This document shows, one piece after another, positions 1-10,500 of a stretch of 64,000 nucleotides of DNA. The stretch comes from a virus. How positions within the stretch are numbered: position 1 is the first letter of the stretch; every line of letters begins with the position of its first letter. The translations under genes were made by a program, and so were the position numbers. The DNA is taken from positions 1-64,000 of IMG/VR virus record IMGVR_UViG_3300005613_000046; one strand, 5' to 3'. The notes beneath the pieces are model-generated. The model searched no databases and was not told the DNA's origin. It saw only the letters and a list, made by a program, of their open reading frames with translations.

Positions 1-192
1 GTGACATGGTAATTTGTCTCTCATAACGCCAGTATTTAATAATACTTGAAATAACGCCGCTTGTCCTGGCATACATCTAACTGAAATTATAACACCTTCA
101 GTTAATTCTCCCATCCCTTTTTTCCCTTGATAAAAGTATTCATTTCTAACCCACACTTTCAATGGAAAGAAATTGTGTTCAATGTGTGCCAT
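1..192 (-). CDS. hypothetical phage protein, runs off the window edge
   Basis: ATG at 192, open to position 1 (MAHIEHNFFPLKVWVRNEYFY...RDKLPCH); start overlaps the stop of the upstream ORF. Confidence 0.7.
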   Translation of the reverse strand, partial: MAHIEHNFFPLKVWVRNEYFYQGKKGMGELTEGVIISVRCMPGQAALFQVLLNTGVMRDKLPCH

Positions 193-320
193 TACTTTTT
201 CTTAAATTTGTTTTTTATTTTTTTTCGGTAATATCTATAACACAGATAAATAAATCCCGATATGGTTACAAGACCCACCGTGAGTAAATGAAGTAACGCT
301 TCAATTGATTTTCCTATCAT
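192..320 (-). CDS. small membrane protein (42 aa), not in ORF track
   Basis: MIGKSIEALLHLLTVGLVTISGFIYLCYRYYRKKIKNKFKKK; one hydrophobic helix plus basic tail; overlaps both neighbours. Confidence 0.6.
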   Translation of the reverse strand: MIGKSIEALLHLLTVGLVTISGFIYLCYRYYRKKIKNKFKKK

Positions 321-634
321 ATACTATATTTATAAACTCCTTCATCAAACTCAACATCCATTATACCATCATTTTCCAAAATCTTTTCAATTTGTTCTGA
401 GGTGAACTTTAAAGAACTTGGTTCCATAAAGATTTTAAATGCTTGATTTGATGATAATTTATTTTCAATCACAAGATTAAAAATTGTTTCGTTTTCTAAA
501 ACAACAATTGAAGGGTGTTGTCCTGCAACGGTAACAATAACTTTATCTTTAACTTCAGGTTTTTGTAAACTAACGACATATGGTGTTTCTTCAACCATAA
601 TCAATTTTACTTTTTGTTTTGTATTTTGTTCCAT
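317..634 (-). CDS. hypothetical protein
   Basis: ORF track 317..676; ATG at 634 (MEQNTK) avoids overlap with upstream gene. Confidence 0.65.
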   Translation of the reverse strand: MEQNTKQKVKLIMVEETPYVVSLQKPEVKDKVIVTVAGQHPSIVVLENETIFNLVIENKLSSNQAFKIFMEPSSLKFTSEQIEKILENDGIMDVEFDEGVYKYSI

Positions 635-641
635 AATTTTT

Positions 642-953
642 TTAAAGATCAATTCTATAGACCCTTGAAACAACATTAAGGTATTTTTTCAAATTCTCAA
701 TAGCCTCCTTAAAATCAACAGGAGGTGTTTCTTTAAATCTTTCACTTATCATTTGATCTTCCAATGTTTTATTACAACTTTCATAGATGTCTTTAATTAT
801 TTGAAGATAAATGTTCTCTTTATCATAAGTATCATCAATATTTCTTTCCACGACTTTCCCTTCAAGTTCACGACAATATTCAATTAATTCATCCACTTCG
901 GGATGATCCATTAAAGATGTGTTATTTTTGAATATTTGATTTATATTCTTCAT
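642..953 (-). CDS. hypothetical protein
   Basis: 103-aa ORF in co-oriented gene run. Confidence 0.7.
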   Translation of the reverse strand: MKNINQIFKNNTSLMDHPEVDELIEYCRELEGKVVERNIDDTYDKENIYLQIIKDIYESCNKTLEDQMISERFKETPPVDFKEAIENLKKYLNVVSRVYRIDL

Positions 954-1104
954 TTGTTAAAAACTTAATAATCTTTTCTTTAATACCACTTTGTTTAATA
1001 CCTTCACTTGATCTTGGAGTTAATACGAAATTAGATAAACCAGGTTTCTTGTCAGATTCACCATCTGAAAAGTATTTTGATAAAAACTCAGAACTCATGA
1101 TCAA
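922..1104 (-). CDS. hypothetical protein
   Basis: 60-aa ORF in co-oriented run. Confidence 0.5.
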   Translation of the reverse strand: MIMSSEFLSKYFSDGESDKKPGLSNFVLTPRSSEGIKQSGIKEKIIKFLTNEEYKSNIQK

Positions 1105-1150
1105 GAAATAATATTGATTTCATAAAAAAAAGATACTAAAAATTTTTAAT

Positions 1151-1182
1151 AAAAAAAGGGGGAGTAGCGAATTCCCCCTTTT
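1151..1182 (-). terminator. intrinsic terminator
   Basis: minus strand AGGGGGA-ATTCGCTAC-TCCCCCT followed by a T run, downstream of the 242-aa gene. Confidence 0.75.
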
Positions 1183-1239
1183 GATTGTTACCCTAACGGA
1201 TAACGGTCCTAAAAGCCCACCCTCAAGGAGTGGGGTCTC

Positions 1240-1968
1240 TTACAAGATCTCAAGTAAGAAGTTGGTGTCACCTTCCCAGTTCTTAAGTTGTGACTTAGGA
1301 ACCCAAAATTCCATAACTCCAATCTCCTCTACTCGTTTTAGGTAGTCCTGACGGAATCTTTCAGTTTGACTCTTGTCTTTGATGTATTCAACACCCATGT
1401 GTTTAGCACATGTCTTACCCATAGTAGTCAACATAGAAAACTCGTCAGTCAAGGTTTTTGCACAACACACACATACTTTAGCTCTCTTTACGGTCATCTT
1501 ACCTGCAAACTTTACAGCCTTAGGTGAGATTGCCAAGACTTTAGTTATGTCCAAAATAGTTGGGTTAAACTGAAGTCCGTAAGTCTCTTTCATTTGTTGA
1601 CCAATCTTACGTCCAACTTGAATGGTGTCACCTTCGGCAGGTATATTCATTTTCTTGGTAGCAGCTTTAGTCTCCTCTTTTTGAATTTGACTCAAGGCTG
1701 CTGACACTTGTTTGTCAGACAACTTACCATACTTCTCAAGTTTAGACTGGATCTCTTTAACAAAAGAGTTCTCACCAGTGTATGCCTGAATTTTTTTCAT
1801 GTCCTCAGTCAACTCAACCTGTTTCGCTTCAACAGGAGCATTTAAGATCTTTTCAACGGTAGCCGCTTGACTTACAGTCAGTTTACCGTATTTAGAAATT
1901 ACATCTTTCATTTTAAGGACGAAAGAGTTAGAACCTTGATAATTTTGAACGAGAGTTAAAGTAGACAT
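1240..1968 (-). CDS. protein with two N-terminal repeats and a C-terminal Zn-finger (DUF6011-like)
   Basis: two copies of NSFVxx(M/I)xxxxxKYGKL(T/S)xxQ; CVCCAKTLTDEFS...GKTCAKH resembles DUF6011 CxxCGRxLTDPxSxxxGxGPxC. Confidence 0.6.
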   Translation of the reverse strand: MSTLTLVQNYQGSNSFVLKMKDVISKYGKLTVSQAATVEKILNAPVEAKQVELTEDMKKIQAYTGENSFVKEIQSKLEKYGKLSDKQVSAALSQIQKEETKAATKKMNIPAEGDTIQVGRKIGQQMKETYGLQFNPTILDITKVLAISPKAVKFAGKMTVKRAKVCVCCAKTLTDEFSMLTTMGKTCAKHMGVEYIKDKSQTERFRQDYLKRVEEIGVMEFWVPKSQLKNWEGDTNFLLEIL

Positions 1969-1997
1969 AGTGATGGTGTGTTTAATTGATTACACTA

Positions 1998-2005
1998 CAA
2001 AGATA
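1998..2005 (-). promoter_or_regulatory. Bacteroidota-type -7 promoter box TAnnTTTG
   Basis: TATCTTTG on the minus strand about 30 nt upstream of ATG 1968. Confidence 0.7.
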
Positions 2006-2037
2006 GTAGTTTATTTCAATTCTACAACAACAATCAA

Positions 2038-2244
2038 TTATTTTTTTGAAAAAATTGTGTCTACAGAATAAAAACAATAATTTTCTTTTTCAATATGACA
2101 ATGTTCCACTTTAACGATCATTGAGTCGTTATCAATAACCCGACTATCTCCATAAGCATCACAACCTGGTTTTGACGATTTACAACTTGATAGTGTTACC
2201 GTAATGATGGTTGCAAGTAAAACCATCAAATAAATTTTATTCAT
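2038..2244 (-). CDS. putative lipoprotein
   Basis: signal peptide ending in lipobox-like TLSS-C. Confidence 0.6.
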   Translation of the reverse strand: MNKIYLMVLLATIITVTLSSCKSSKPGCDAYGDSRVIDNDSMIVKVEHCHIEKENYCFYSVDTIFSKK

Positions 2245-2268
2245 ATATTTTTTTTTTAATTTTTTTAT

Positions 2269-3273
2269 TTATTTTCCAAATCCCATTTTTCCTGAACCCC
2301 TTACTGATGGAGCTCTTTTCAAACCTTCTAAATTATCCATTACTTCCTCAAACTCTCTACCCATAACAATAGTTGAAATTACAACTTCTTTCAAGTGTGA
2401 TAAAGACATTCCTTCAGTTCTTTTAACCCACTCTTGAATATCAACATTTTTAAGGTCTTCTTCTTTTAATTTGTGACGAATATAAGCTTCTCTAATTTCC
2501 TCATTAGGTAGTTCTACTTTATATCGTCTATCAAAACGAGATGGTCTATTTGTAATTCGTTCTTGTAGTTTTTCAGGATAGTTTGTTGTTGCAATATAAA
2601 CAACATCTTCTATTTGTTTTACACCATCAAGAATGTTTAATAATTTACTTGTGGAATAATTGCTTTCACCCGCAATTGAGTCTAAGTCTTCCAATAACAC
2701 AATTAAAGGTCTGTTTGGTTCAATTTTTCTAAAAGTTGAAATAAAATCAATAAAGAAATCAACATCATCATGGTCTTTAATGTTTAGAATGATTCCATTA
2801 TTTTCAATCAGTTGTTTTGCAATTAATTGAATAATACCTGATTTACCACATCCTGGTTCACCATACATTAAAATGCCACGCTTATGAACAAAATTATATT
2901 CTCTATATTTGTCTCTACGATCCCAAAAATCTTGAATGTCTTTAAGAATGTCTTGAATCTCATAAGAAGGTAATTGATATAATTCATCTGTTTTAAATGG
3001 TTGTTTTTTTAGTGTGATTTGACTTACATTTCGGTTATATTGTAGTTCATATATTCCTGATGGAACTTGATCTACCGATTTAAATGACGGAACAAACTCC
3101 TCATCTTGTAATGTTCCCCAACATGTCGGAGTTGCCGAGTTTATTTTATCATCAACTTTTTCATTACCACTTGTTGTTTCAATATCTTTTAAATCGGAGT
3201 TCATTTGTGTTGCTAAATCTTCCATCATTTGATCTAATTCATCGTCTTTAACCGTTTTAATTTTTCTTTTCAT
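2269..3273 (-). CDS. AAA+ ATPase
   Basis: Walker A GEPGCGKS, Walker B LLEDLD, sensor TTNYPE, SRH RPSRFDR. Confidence 0.9.
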   Translation of the reverse strand: MKRKIKTVKDDELDQMMEDLATQMNSDLKDIETTSGNEKVDDKINSATPTCWGTLQDEEFVPSFKSVDQVPSGIYELQYNRNVSQITLKKQPFKTDELYQLPSYEIQDILKDIQDFWDRRDKYREYNFVHKRGILMYGEPGCGKSGIIQLIAKQLIENNGIILNIKDHDDVDFFIDFISTFRKIEPNRPLIVLLEDLDSIAGESNYSTSKLLNILDGVKQIEDVVYIATTNYPEKLQERITNRPSRFDRRYKVELPNEEIREAYIRHKLKEEDLKNVDIQEWVKRTEGMSLSHLKEVVISTIVMGREFEEVMDNLEGLKRAPSVRGSGKMGFGK

Positions 3274-3515
3274 CTTACTAAAATTGGATGTATAATTATT
3301 AATATATCTTCAGTTTTTTCTTTTACTTTAACCACTCTGTCTTTATACAATTTCAAAGTTTCTTTTGGATTTTTACTCTTAAGATGTTCAAACTGAACTT
3401 TCATTTCTTCTCTCGCATCTTTTTGTTTTTTGAAGTATCCGAAGTAATCGTCACATCCACCAACACCTCTTGTTTTATCGTAAACCCCGTAAATCAGGTC
3501 GTTTTCTTCTGCCAT
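3270..3515 (-). CDS. hypothetical protein, paralog of 6299..6520
   Basis: shared IYGVxDKT...CDxYFG(Y/F)FK...IxIHxx(L/V)xR. Confidence 0.7.
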   Translation of the reverse strand: MAEENDLIYGVYDKTRGVGGCDDYFGYFKKQKDAREEMKVQFEHLKSKNPKETLKLYKDRVVKVKEKTEDILIIIHPILVR

Positions 3516-3781
3516 TATAATTTATTTGCAATTTGTTTAATAATCTCTTCATCTTCGTTGGAAAGTCTAAAATGTCCGTCCCATAATTTCATAAGATTGT
3601 TTCTTAACTCATATTCTCCTGGTGATTCTTCATCGCTTCTAACAAGTTTTCTAATTTCAGGATTTGAGTGTGATTGCAAAATTCCATCATCATATAACCA
3701 TTCCGCCATCGTTTGTTTATCCCGTCTGTCCATCTCATTGTAGACCTCATCTAAATCTACGTCAATTCTTACGTAAGCCAT
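3515..3781 (-). CDS. hypothetical protein
   Basis: 88-aa ORF, stop overlaps next start. Confidence 0.7.
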   Translation of the reverse strand: MAYVRIDVDLDEVYNEMDRRDKQTMAEWLYDDGILQSHSNPEIRKLVRSDEESPGEYELRNNLMKLWDGHFRLSNEDEEIIKQIANKL

Positions 3782-3825
3782 AATTTATTTGTTTTTAATA
3801 AGTTTAATAAAACTAAATGATTATA

Positions 3826-4950
3826 TCAATGTGAATCACCATAATTATGTTTTTCACTTGCTATCAAATATTCTGGATTGATAACCTTACCCACTTTGTG
3901 ACGCTCACCACTAACACACTTAACAACAACACCTTCATGTGGAACTTTGGATCCTTCAATAAAGTTGTTGAAGACGTATTTGTCTTGTTCTTCTTTTGAC
4001 CAGTTTCCACGATATAAAACTTCTACGGTTGGTAAATCCAAAGTTTGAAATATTCCTCTTTCAGTATTAAACCCTCTATAATTTCCATCAATCTCCACAT
4101 CAAAACCTGCGAACTTAATGTCTTTTAATCCGTAGTCATAATTTTTTTGAATTCCGTGTCCGTAGATTTCACCATATATGATTATACCACTTCCAAGTCT
4201 TTCAGGTGTAAAATATTCTTTGACATAACTCCATAACTTATCTTTGATTTTATATTCATCCGCAATAGTTTTCCACACATTAGTATCATAATAACCTTGA
4301 CTATCGGAACCTTTCTCAACATTATGACTACCCAAAACATAATCATAATTAACCCACTTGTTTCCAAACAATCTTTTAATACGATCCCATAAAGAGAGTT
4401 TAGTTTTTCGAATAATTCCAAAACGAGCATTTGTTCCGTGAAGTTTGCGAGTGATCACAACCTCATCTTCTTCGGTGAATAACTCAGGAACATTTTTCAA
4501 ATTAGGAAACTTGTAATAAACGTGGAAGTTAGGATTTTGGTGGTATTTTATTTTACGTCCACCAACACTTAACTGAACCATTTTAACAGGAGGTTCATAC
4601 TTGTAGATTTGAAGGATATCCATCATATCCATACCTTCACTTAAATCATCACTCCAAGCTAAAATATCCATACTGAGTATTAAACACTCAGAATAAACTT
4701 TACGAAGTTTTACGGTTCTAACTCGTTGACCTTTTCTTAAGTAACCAGTCACACCCATCGCATCAGATATTGCAACAGGAATAACCGCATCGGTGGTTGC
4801 CACAATAACCAACTCATCTACTTTGTATTGACCTTTTTTGGTTATGGCATGCCAACCATTAACGATAGTAAGTTCTATGTTATCTGCCCCTTCTATTGGT
4901 CGGATTTCACTGATCCTACCAACATAACATACACTATTTAAATTTTCCAT
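3826..4950 (-). CDS. ATP-dependent RNA ligase (Rnl2/DRB0094-like) with N-terminal OB-type domain
   Basis: motif I KLHGTN, motif III YGEIYG, IIIa FAGFDV, IV EGVVV, V KVINPEY; N-terminus IRPIEGADNIE. Confidence 0.88.
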   Translation of the reverse strand: MENLNSVCYVGRISEIRPIEGADNIELTIVNGWHAITKKGQYKVDELVIVATTDAVIPVAISDAMGVTGYLRKGQRVRTVKLRKVYSECLILSMDILAWSDDLSEGMDMMDILQIYKYEPPVKMVQLSVGGRKIKYHQNPNFHVYYKFPNLKNVPELFTEEDEVVITRKLHGTNARFGIIRKTKLSLWDRIKRLFGNKWVNYDYVLGSHNVEKGSDSQGYYDTNVWKTIADEYKIKDKLWSYVKEYFTPERLGSGIIIYGEIYGHGIQKNYDYGLKDIKFAGFDVEIDGNYRGFNTERGIFQTLDLPTVEVLYRGNWSKEEQDKYVFNNFIEGSKVPHEGVVVKCVSGERHKVGKVINPEYLIASEKHNYGDSH

Positions 4951-4973
4951 TTTACAAAAATAATAATATTTTT

Positions 4974-5498
4974 TTATTCGTCACTATCTTCTTCAGAATA
5001 TTCTTTTTTCATTGACCTAGGTTCAACAAAATCCCACTTGGTATTTTCAAACTCCTCAATCCATTCACTAACATCTTCTCTTGTCCAATATGGAGCAAAA
5101 GAAGGTCGATACTTAAATGGTAAATTTTTACTTTCATCCCACTCATCAAGTCGTTTTGTTACATCTTCAATAAGATTTTTAGTTTTAGTGTGTTTAATCC
5201 ACTCTCTGTAATCATACTCAGATTTAATAAACATAACGTCACCATAATTTTCAAACTCCATTTCGGGAAATTCTAAATTTGGGTTGTTGGTATAAACATC
5301 CACAATTCCATTGTCTCCGTAATAAGAATCACAAAGTTCTTTTAATGAATACAGACTGGTTGGTCTTTCTTCCCATACACTACCAAACTGACGGACAGAA
5401 CAAATGTATAAATAACCATCTTCATATGAATGAATAAGTCCTTCAATTTTATTTCTTAAAGAAATAAGTTCGTCCATTGTTAATTTAGTTAAATCCAT
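4974..5498 (-). CDS. hypothetical protein
   Basis: 174-aa ORF. Confidence 0.7.
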   Translation of the reverse strand: MDLTKLTMDELISLRNKIEGLIHSYEDGYLYICSVRQFGSVWEERPTSLYSLKELCDSYYGDNGIVDVYTNNPNLEFPEMEFENYGDVMFIKSEYDYREWIKHTKTKNLIEDVTKRLDEWDESKNLPFKYRPSFAPYWTREDVSEWIEEFENTKWDFVEPRSMKKEYSEEDSDE

Positions 5499-5504
5499 TT
5501 TTTA

Positions 5505-5915
5505 TTATTTTTCTATTGTATAATCCCACTCAAGTCTAATGCAATTCTGTTTCAAACGATTAATGTGTCGGTAGTTATTAATATAACCCATCATATTACC
5601 ACTTCCGATTGCGTTGTGTGAATGAACCACAACATCAACAATTGGTTTACCATTCATCCATTCATTAACCAACCACTTAACACAATCCATACCGGTCTTT
5701 TCGGTAATATTATCGTAATTAATTGTGTAATTTGTATAAACATTTCTTTTCCATTCATCGATTGCAGTATCACCCAAATCATGATCTAAAGAAATTAACT
5801 CAATATTATTCAAACCAATCTCATTTATTTTTTCAACGAACTCATCGTAAGAACGAACAACAATCCATTCTTTATCAACTGGCGTTCTAACGTCATCTAA
5901 ATAAATCTTTTTCAT
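5505..5915 (-). CDS. cyclic-phosphate-processing receiver domain protein
   Basis: KIYLDDVRTP, ISLDHDLG, TGMDCVKWL, VHSHNAIG match this family pattern. Confidence 0.8.
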   Translation of the reverse strand: MKKIYLDDVRTPVDKEWIVVRSYDEFVEKINEIGLNNIELISLDHDLGDTAIDEWKRNVYTNYTINYDNITEKTGMDCVKWLVNEWMNGKPIVDVVVHSHNAIGSGNMMGYINNYRHINRLKQNCIRLEWDYTIEK

Positions 5916-5922
5916 AATAACA

Positions 5923-5930
5923 CAAATATA
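5923..5930 (-). promoter_or_regulatory. TAnnTTTG promoter box
   Basis: TATATTTG 7 nt upstream of ATG 5915. Confidence 0.65.
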
Positions 5931-6038
5931 TAAATAATTTTTTAATAAATCTATTTTTCTTTATCACCATTTTGAATGTCATCGTCAAACATTCCAAATA
6001 AAAGTTTCTCTAATTTTTTTCCTTTCGGGTTAATCATT

Positions 6039-6302
6039 TTATTTTAGTATTTCAAAAAATATAATTGTTATTATTGATCCAATCAAATATCCAAGTCCTG
6101 AACATAGAGCCAATTTCAATCTTTCTTTCCATGTTTTTGACTCCACCATAAACCCTACAAATGGTAATGATAGAAATGGTCCAATGAATGCAAAAAACAT
6201 CATACCAAGATAGTTCTTATCTGATACCACACTAATATAAAAAGTGCTACCGATCTCAAGAACCGCAGCACTTAAAAATACGATAATATATTTTCTCATC
6301 AC
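6039..6302 (-). CDS. small membrane protein (about 3 TM)
   Basis: three hydrophobic segments. Confidence 0.7.
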   Translation of the reverse strand: MMRKYIIVFLSAAVLEIGSTFYISVVSDKNYLGMMFFAFIGPFLSLPFVGFMVESKTWKERLKLALCSGLGYLIGSIITIIFFEILK

Positions 6303-6520
6303 CTTAAAACATACTGGTGAATAACTATTACTAACTTACCTTCAACCAAAGCTCGGTCTGATTTGATTTCAATATCCATCATACCCAAGTCTTCTTTGAG
6401 TCGTTTTGCTTGAATTTCAACTTCGTGTTCCGCATCTGACTTGGTCTTAAAAAATCCAAAATACGAATCACAAGATCCTGTCTTATCACAAACTCCGTAA
6501 ATCATCTCCCTTTCTTTCAT
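6299..6520 (-). CDS. hypothetical protein, paralog of 3270..3515
   Basis: IYGVCDKTGSCDSYFGFFK...IVIHQYVLR. Confidence 0.7.
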   Translation of the reverse strand: MKEREMIYGVCDKTGSCDSYFGFFKTKSDAEHEVEIQAKRLKEDLGMMDIEIKSDRALVEGKLVIVIHQYVLR

Positions 6521-6704
6521 CTTTTAATCTTTTTTTTGATTCTTCTTTTAAACCTCTTAACAATCCTTTTTTGTATGCAATATAATCTTCCTCGTATTTA
6601 TATGGCCAAGCAACTAAATAAGTATCTCTTTCACTCTTTGGATAAGTAAATAAATCTTGTTTCAATTTCTTTTTAGTCTTTCTCGGTAATCTAAACTTTT
6701 TCAT
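6486..6704 (-). CDS. basic hypothetical protein
   Basis: MKKFRLPRKTKKKLK N-terminus; overlapping gene run. Confidence 0.6.
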   Translation of the reverse strand: MKKFRLPRKTKKKLKQDLFTYPKSERDTYLVAWPYKYEEDYIAYKKGLLRGLKEESKKRLKDERKGDDLRSL

Positions 6705-7005
6705 TTTTATATTTTCTTATTAACTTGAATATTTCTTTAATGTCTGTGAATTCTGAAGGTGGTGAGTCATTTCTTACCGGTAGAAATATTATAGTAAATC
6801 CGTGATTACCATCAAATTTTTCGGTCACTCTTTTACCACAGATTTCAGTAATGTAAACCCAAGGATAGTTTCCTGATAGTTTCACATCAATTCCAATTTT
6901 CTTTAATCTTTCAACAAATACATTGATCTTGTCGCCAGTTTTTTTTGTGCTTGTTTCTGTTTCAACATAATAAGTTCCAAATTTAGTTTTTACTTCTCCC
7001 TTCAT
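6691..7005 (-). CDS. hypothetical protein
   Basis: 104-aa ORF. Confidence 0.7.
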   Translation of the reverse strand: MKGEVKTKFGTYYVETETSTKKTGDKINVFVERLKKIGIDVKLSGNYPWVYITEICGKRVTEKFDGNHGFTIIFLPVRNDSPPSEFTDIKEIFKLIRKYKNEKV

Positions 7006-7211
7006 GATTTAATTACTTCGTCTCTAAAATAAACATCACTAATTACCATTCCGTCAATATTCTTACCATTACCAAGATGAATATAATTACCTTCAATTTT
7101 GGTAATCATACCATAATCTTCCACCAATCCTGTAATTCTATTAACCACCTTAACATAGTCACCTACTTTGATGTCCCTTCCGTTTTTATCTCTTGTCATT
7201 TCTACTTCCAT
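7002..7211 (-). CDS. small protein, YopX/KOW-like start
   Basis: DKNGRDIKVGDYV motif. Confidence 0.55.
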   Translation of the reverse strand: MEVEMTRDKNGRDIKVGDYVKVVNRITGLVEDYGMITKIEGNYIHLGNGKNIDGMVISDVYFRDEVIKS

Positions 7212-7368
7212 AACACTCCAATTTTTTATCAGTTACATTCCACAAATCTTTTTTCCCTTCAGTCATATGACAGTTGTGTTTCTTTCCGGTTCTTTTACCG
7301 AACTCCACAATCATATCATTATGACGATTACGAATAAGGTGCGGGCATTCCTTACAAGGTTTTTTCAT
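7186..7368 (-). CDS. small putative Zn-binding protein
   Basis: PCKECP...HNCH...C; TATCTTTG box at 7373-7380 directly upstream. Confidence 0.65.
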   Translation of the reverse strand: MKKPCKECPHLIRNRHNDMIVEFGKRTGKKHNCHMTEGKKDLWNVTDKKLECYGSRNDKR

Positions 7369-7385
7369 AAAACAAAGATAAGAAA

Positions 7386-7598
7386 TTAATTTGATTGAAA
7401 AAAATGATAGTGATAAAAAAAATTAAAAAAGTATATAATACTTTTATATGTCAAACAAAAAAATACAATAAATAAAATTAATAAGACATATATTGTTACT
7501 TTTTTGTTTTGGTTATATGCAAATCTTATTAATTCATAAATGTCAATAAAAAAATACTTAAAGAATAAAATAAGAAATACCAATATTAAAATTGTCAT
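7386..7598 (-). CDS. small membrane protein
   Basis: two hydrophobic stretches; ATGA overlap with upstream gene. Confidence 0.45.
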   Translation of the reverse strand: MTILILVFLILFFKYFFIDIYELIRFAYNQNKKVTIYVLLILFIVFFCLTYKSIIYFFNFFYHYHFFQSN

Positions 7599-10500
7599 CT
7601 AATCATTTGTTTAATAATTTCAGTTGATACGTCATTTGAAGTGATTGATATATAATATATCCCACTTGGTAAATTCAAGTTAGAAACATTAAATAGATTT
7701 ATACCTGATGATATTTTAATTTCTTTTGTTAATATTTCAGATCCTTTTGTGTCTTTAATCATAAGAGTTCCTTCACCAATTAGTTGTTTGTTATTTAATA
7801 TCACTTGAAAGTCTCCCGTGCTTGGATTTGGAAATATTGAAAAGTATCCCTTTGTATTTCCATTACAAATAACATTTATTGGTCCATACTCTTTAAATTG
7901 TCCGTCAATATCATACTGAATAAGTTTGTAATAATTATTCCCATCAATTGCGTTCCCGTCTTTTGTATTATATGTCAATTCTTGAGTTGAGTTACCAGCG
8001 GATTCCAAAGTTGTTAATGAAGACCAATTTTCACCATCCCTTGATTTTACAACTTCAAAATAGTCTGAGTTATGTTCGGTTGCGGTTTTCCACTCTAAAG
8101 ATATAATATTATTATTACAAGATCCATCAAATGATAATAACTCAACAGGAAGGGCTGACACTCTCGTTACGGTAATTGTTCTTAAATTATTATCCACACC
8201 ACAATTAGAATTTGTATTAACATGAATATAATAACTACCCGTTGCAGGTCCTGTAAATGAAACTGGTTGTGTTCCTTGAGTAACTAACGCTCCTTGTGGT
8301 TGTCCCATTCTTATTGTTAAATGATCCGTAGATACTGATGAGGTTGCAATGTATTGTTCGTTGTTAAACCCGTTATACCAATGAGCGTATTGACCTGATG
8401 GGTGTTGTGGTATTGTCATTGTTGGTTGTTGCATAATTGGCATTGCCTGTTGATTAAATTGTGTTGTATTTGAAACCGTAATCGGAAACGCTGCCAATGA
8501 AGATGAACAGGCACTTCCAACTTGATAACTAACAATCACTCTTGCGAAACTACCTGATAATCCACTATTGTTGTTTCTTAAACCAAAACAACTTGGTGGA
8601 TTTGTTATTCTAAATTGATTTGTCCCATTAGAAATGTAATTTGCTGGGTTCATATTCAACGTAAAAATTGGGTTTATACCGTTTGAACAACTACAATGAT
8701 TAAGAGTATTAAATGTTGGACCATTAACATTATTTAATGTGGTTGTTCTTGTTCCTGCTTGACATTCAACACCAACAGACAATTGAATTTGAACTGATGT
8801 AATTACGGCTCCTGCAGGTAAACTACTATTCCAATTAAACCCTGTTTGACCTGAACACCCATTATAATATGATCCGGTTCCACATGATGATGACATATTG
8901 AAAAGTGATCCTATTGAATTGATATTAATTGTTGTTGTTTGATTTTGAGGTTGACTTTGTATTCCAACATAATATGTCGTATTATTATTAAGTTGAGGTG
9001 TTGTATATGTCGCACCTGTCCCTAATTGTCCAGTTCCATTTGAATTTGAATACCAAACGATGTTGTTTCCTCCTGATGCGGTCAATGTTGTTGAATTACC
9101 TAAACACACCACAGAGTTTCCGTTTACCGTTGGTGCCGCCAATGGATTTACATTTACCGTAACTGGTGTTGATGAACTAACACAAGGACCGCTCGTTGAT
9201 GTTAAATAGTAAGTCGTGTTTGTAGTTAAATTTGGTGTTGTATATGAACTTCCAGTTCCAAGTGATGTTGTTAAATTTGAATTTGAATACCAAGTAATAG
9301 TTCCTGTTCCTGATGCATTTATTGTTGCTGGTGATCCACAACTTGTGGAAGCACCATTTGATGTTGGTGCCGATATTGGATTTACATTTACCGTATATGC
9401 CGTTGGTTGTGAATTACACCCACTTGAATATGGATATGTTATTGTAAAATACGCCTGAAATGAATATCCACAGATATTATTTACACTTGATGATGAGTTA
9501 AATGAGACTTGTATACTTCCGTTTGATGCCCACGAGTTTACGGTAGCTGCTGGTATACTATATGTTGCAGTTCTCCATGTAGATGAACATTGACCTCCAC
9601 CCCACACATTTCCTAAACTTCCTGACTCACCAATTACATTTACCCATTCTGTTGAGTTATCAATATCCCCTCTGATATAAACCGTAAGTGTTGCGTTACC
9701 TGAAGCGTTTGCCGGTGATGATGATACCAATGTTGTTACACTTCCAGGAGTGCTATATGATGTCATAATATTTGAGGATTGAGTATAAGTTCCACTACCT
9801 CCTGCCGCAGATCCTGATGTTACATAAACCGTTGAGTTAGATGTTGGTGTCGGTATTGTATAATTGTTTCCTGTTCCTAATAGTCCTGTTCCATTTGCGT
9901 TTGACCACCACTGATAATTTCCACTACCTCCTTGAGCATTTAAAGTTGTTGATTGTCCGCAAGTTGTATTAAATGATTGTGCTGTGGGTGCTTGTGGTCC
10001 GTTTGTGACCGTAATTGTGGTTGATGCACAAGTTGATGACCATAATCCATTCGCATAATTTCTTGCATAATATGTGGTTGTTGAATTGGGTGTCACATTT
10101 ACTGAAGATCCTGTTGCAAACTGACCTGTAGTTCCACAACCATTTGTAAACCAGTATGTTGTTCCGATAGAATTATTCGCAGTTAACGTTGTTGATTGAC
10201 CTTGACATATACTATTTGTATTTGATGATATTGAAGATGGTGGTTGTGTTTGAAGGGCCGAAGAACATGAATTTGGTGGATATGTCCAAACTGGAGGTGT
10301 TGAGTATGCGTTTGTTGCTAGTATAAGTGCTCCCGTAGCATTTGGTCCATTGTAAACTCTGTAATAGTTTTCATAAGACCATCCTCCACCATAATACCTA
10401 ATTGATATTGATTGTCCTTGAAAAACATTAAAGTTATAGGTCACCGGTCCGTATCCACTTGATAGTGTATAATTCCCATAAGTCATTACACCATTTAAGT

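Noticed and set aside
5951-6037. 28-codon ORF MINPKGKKLEKLLFGMFDDDIQNGDKEK
   Set aside because: Too short and without a recognisable motif; may be a gene remnant, but cannot be supported from sequence alone.
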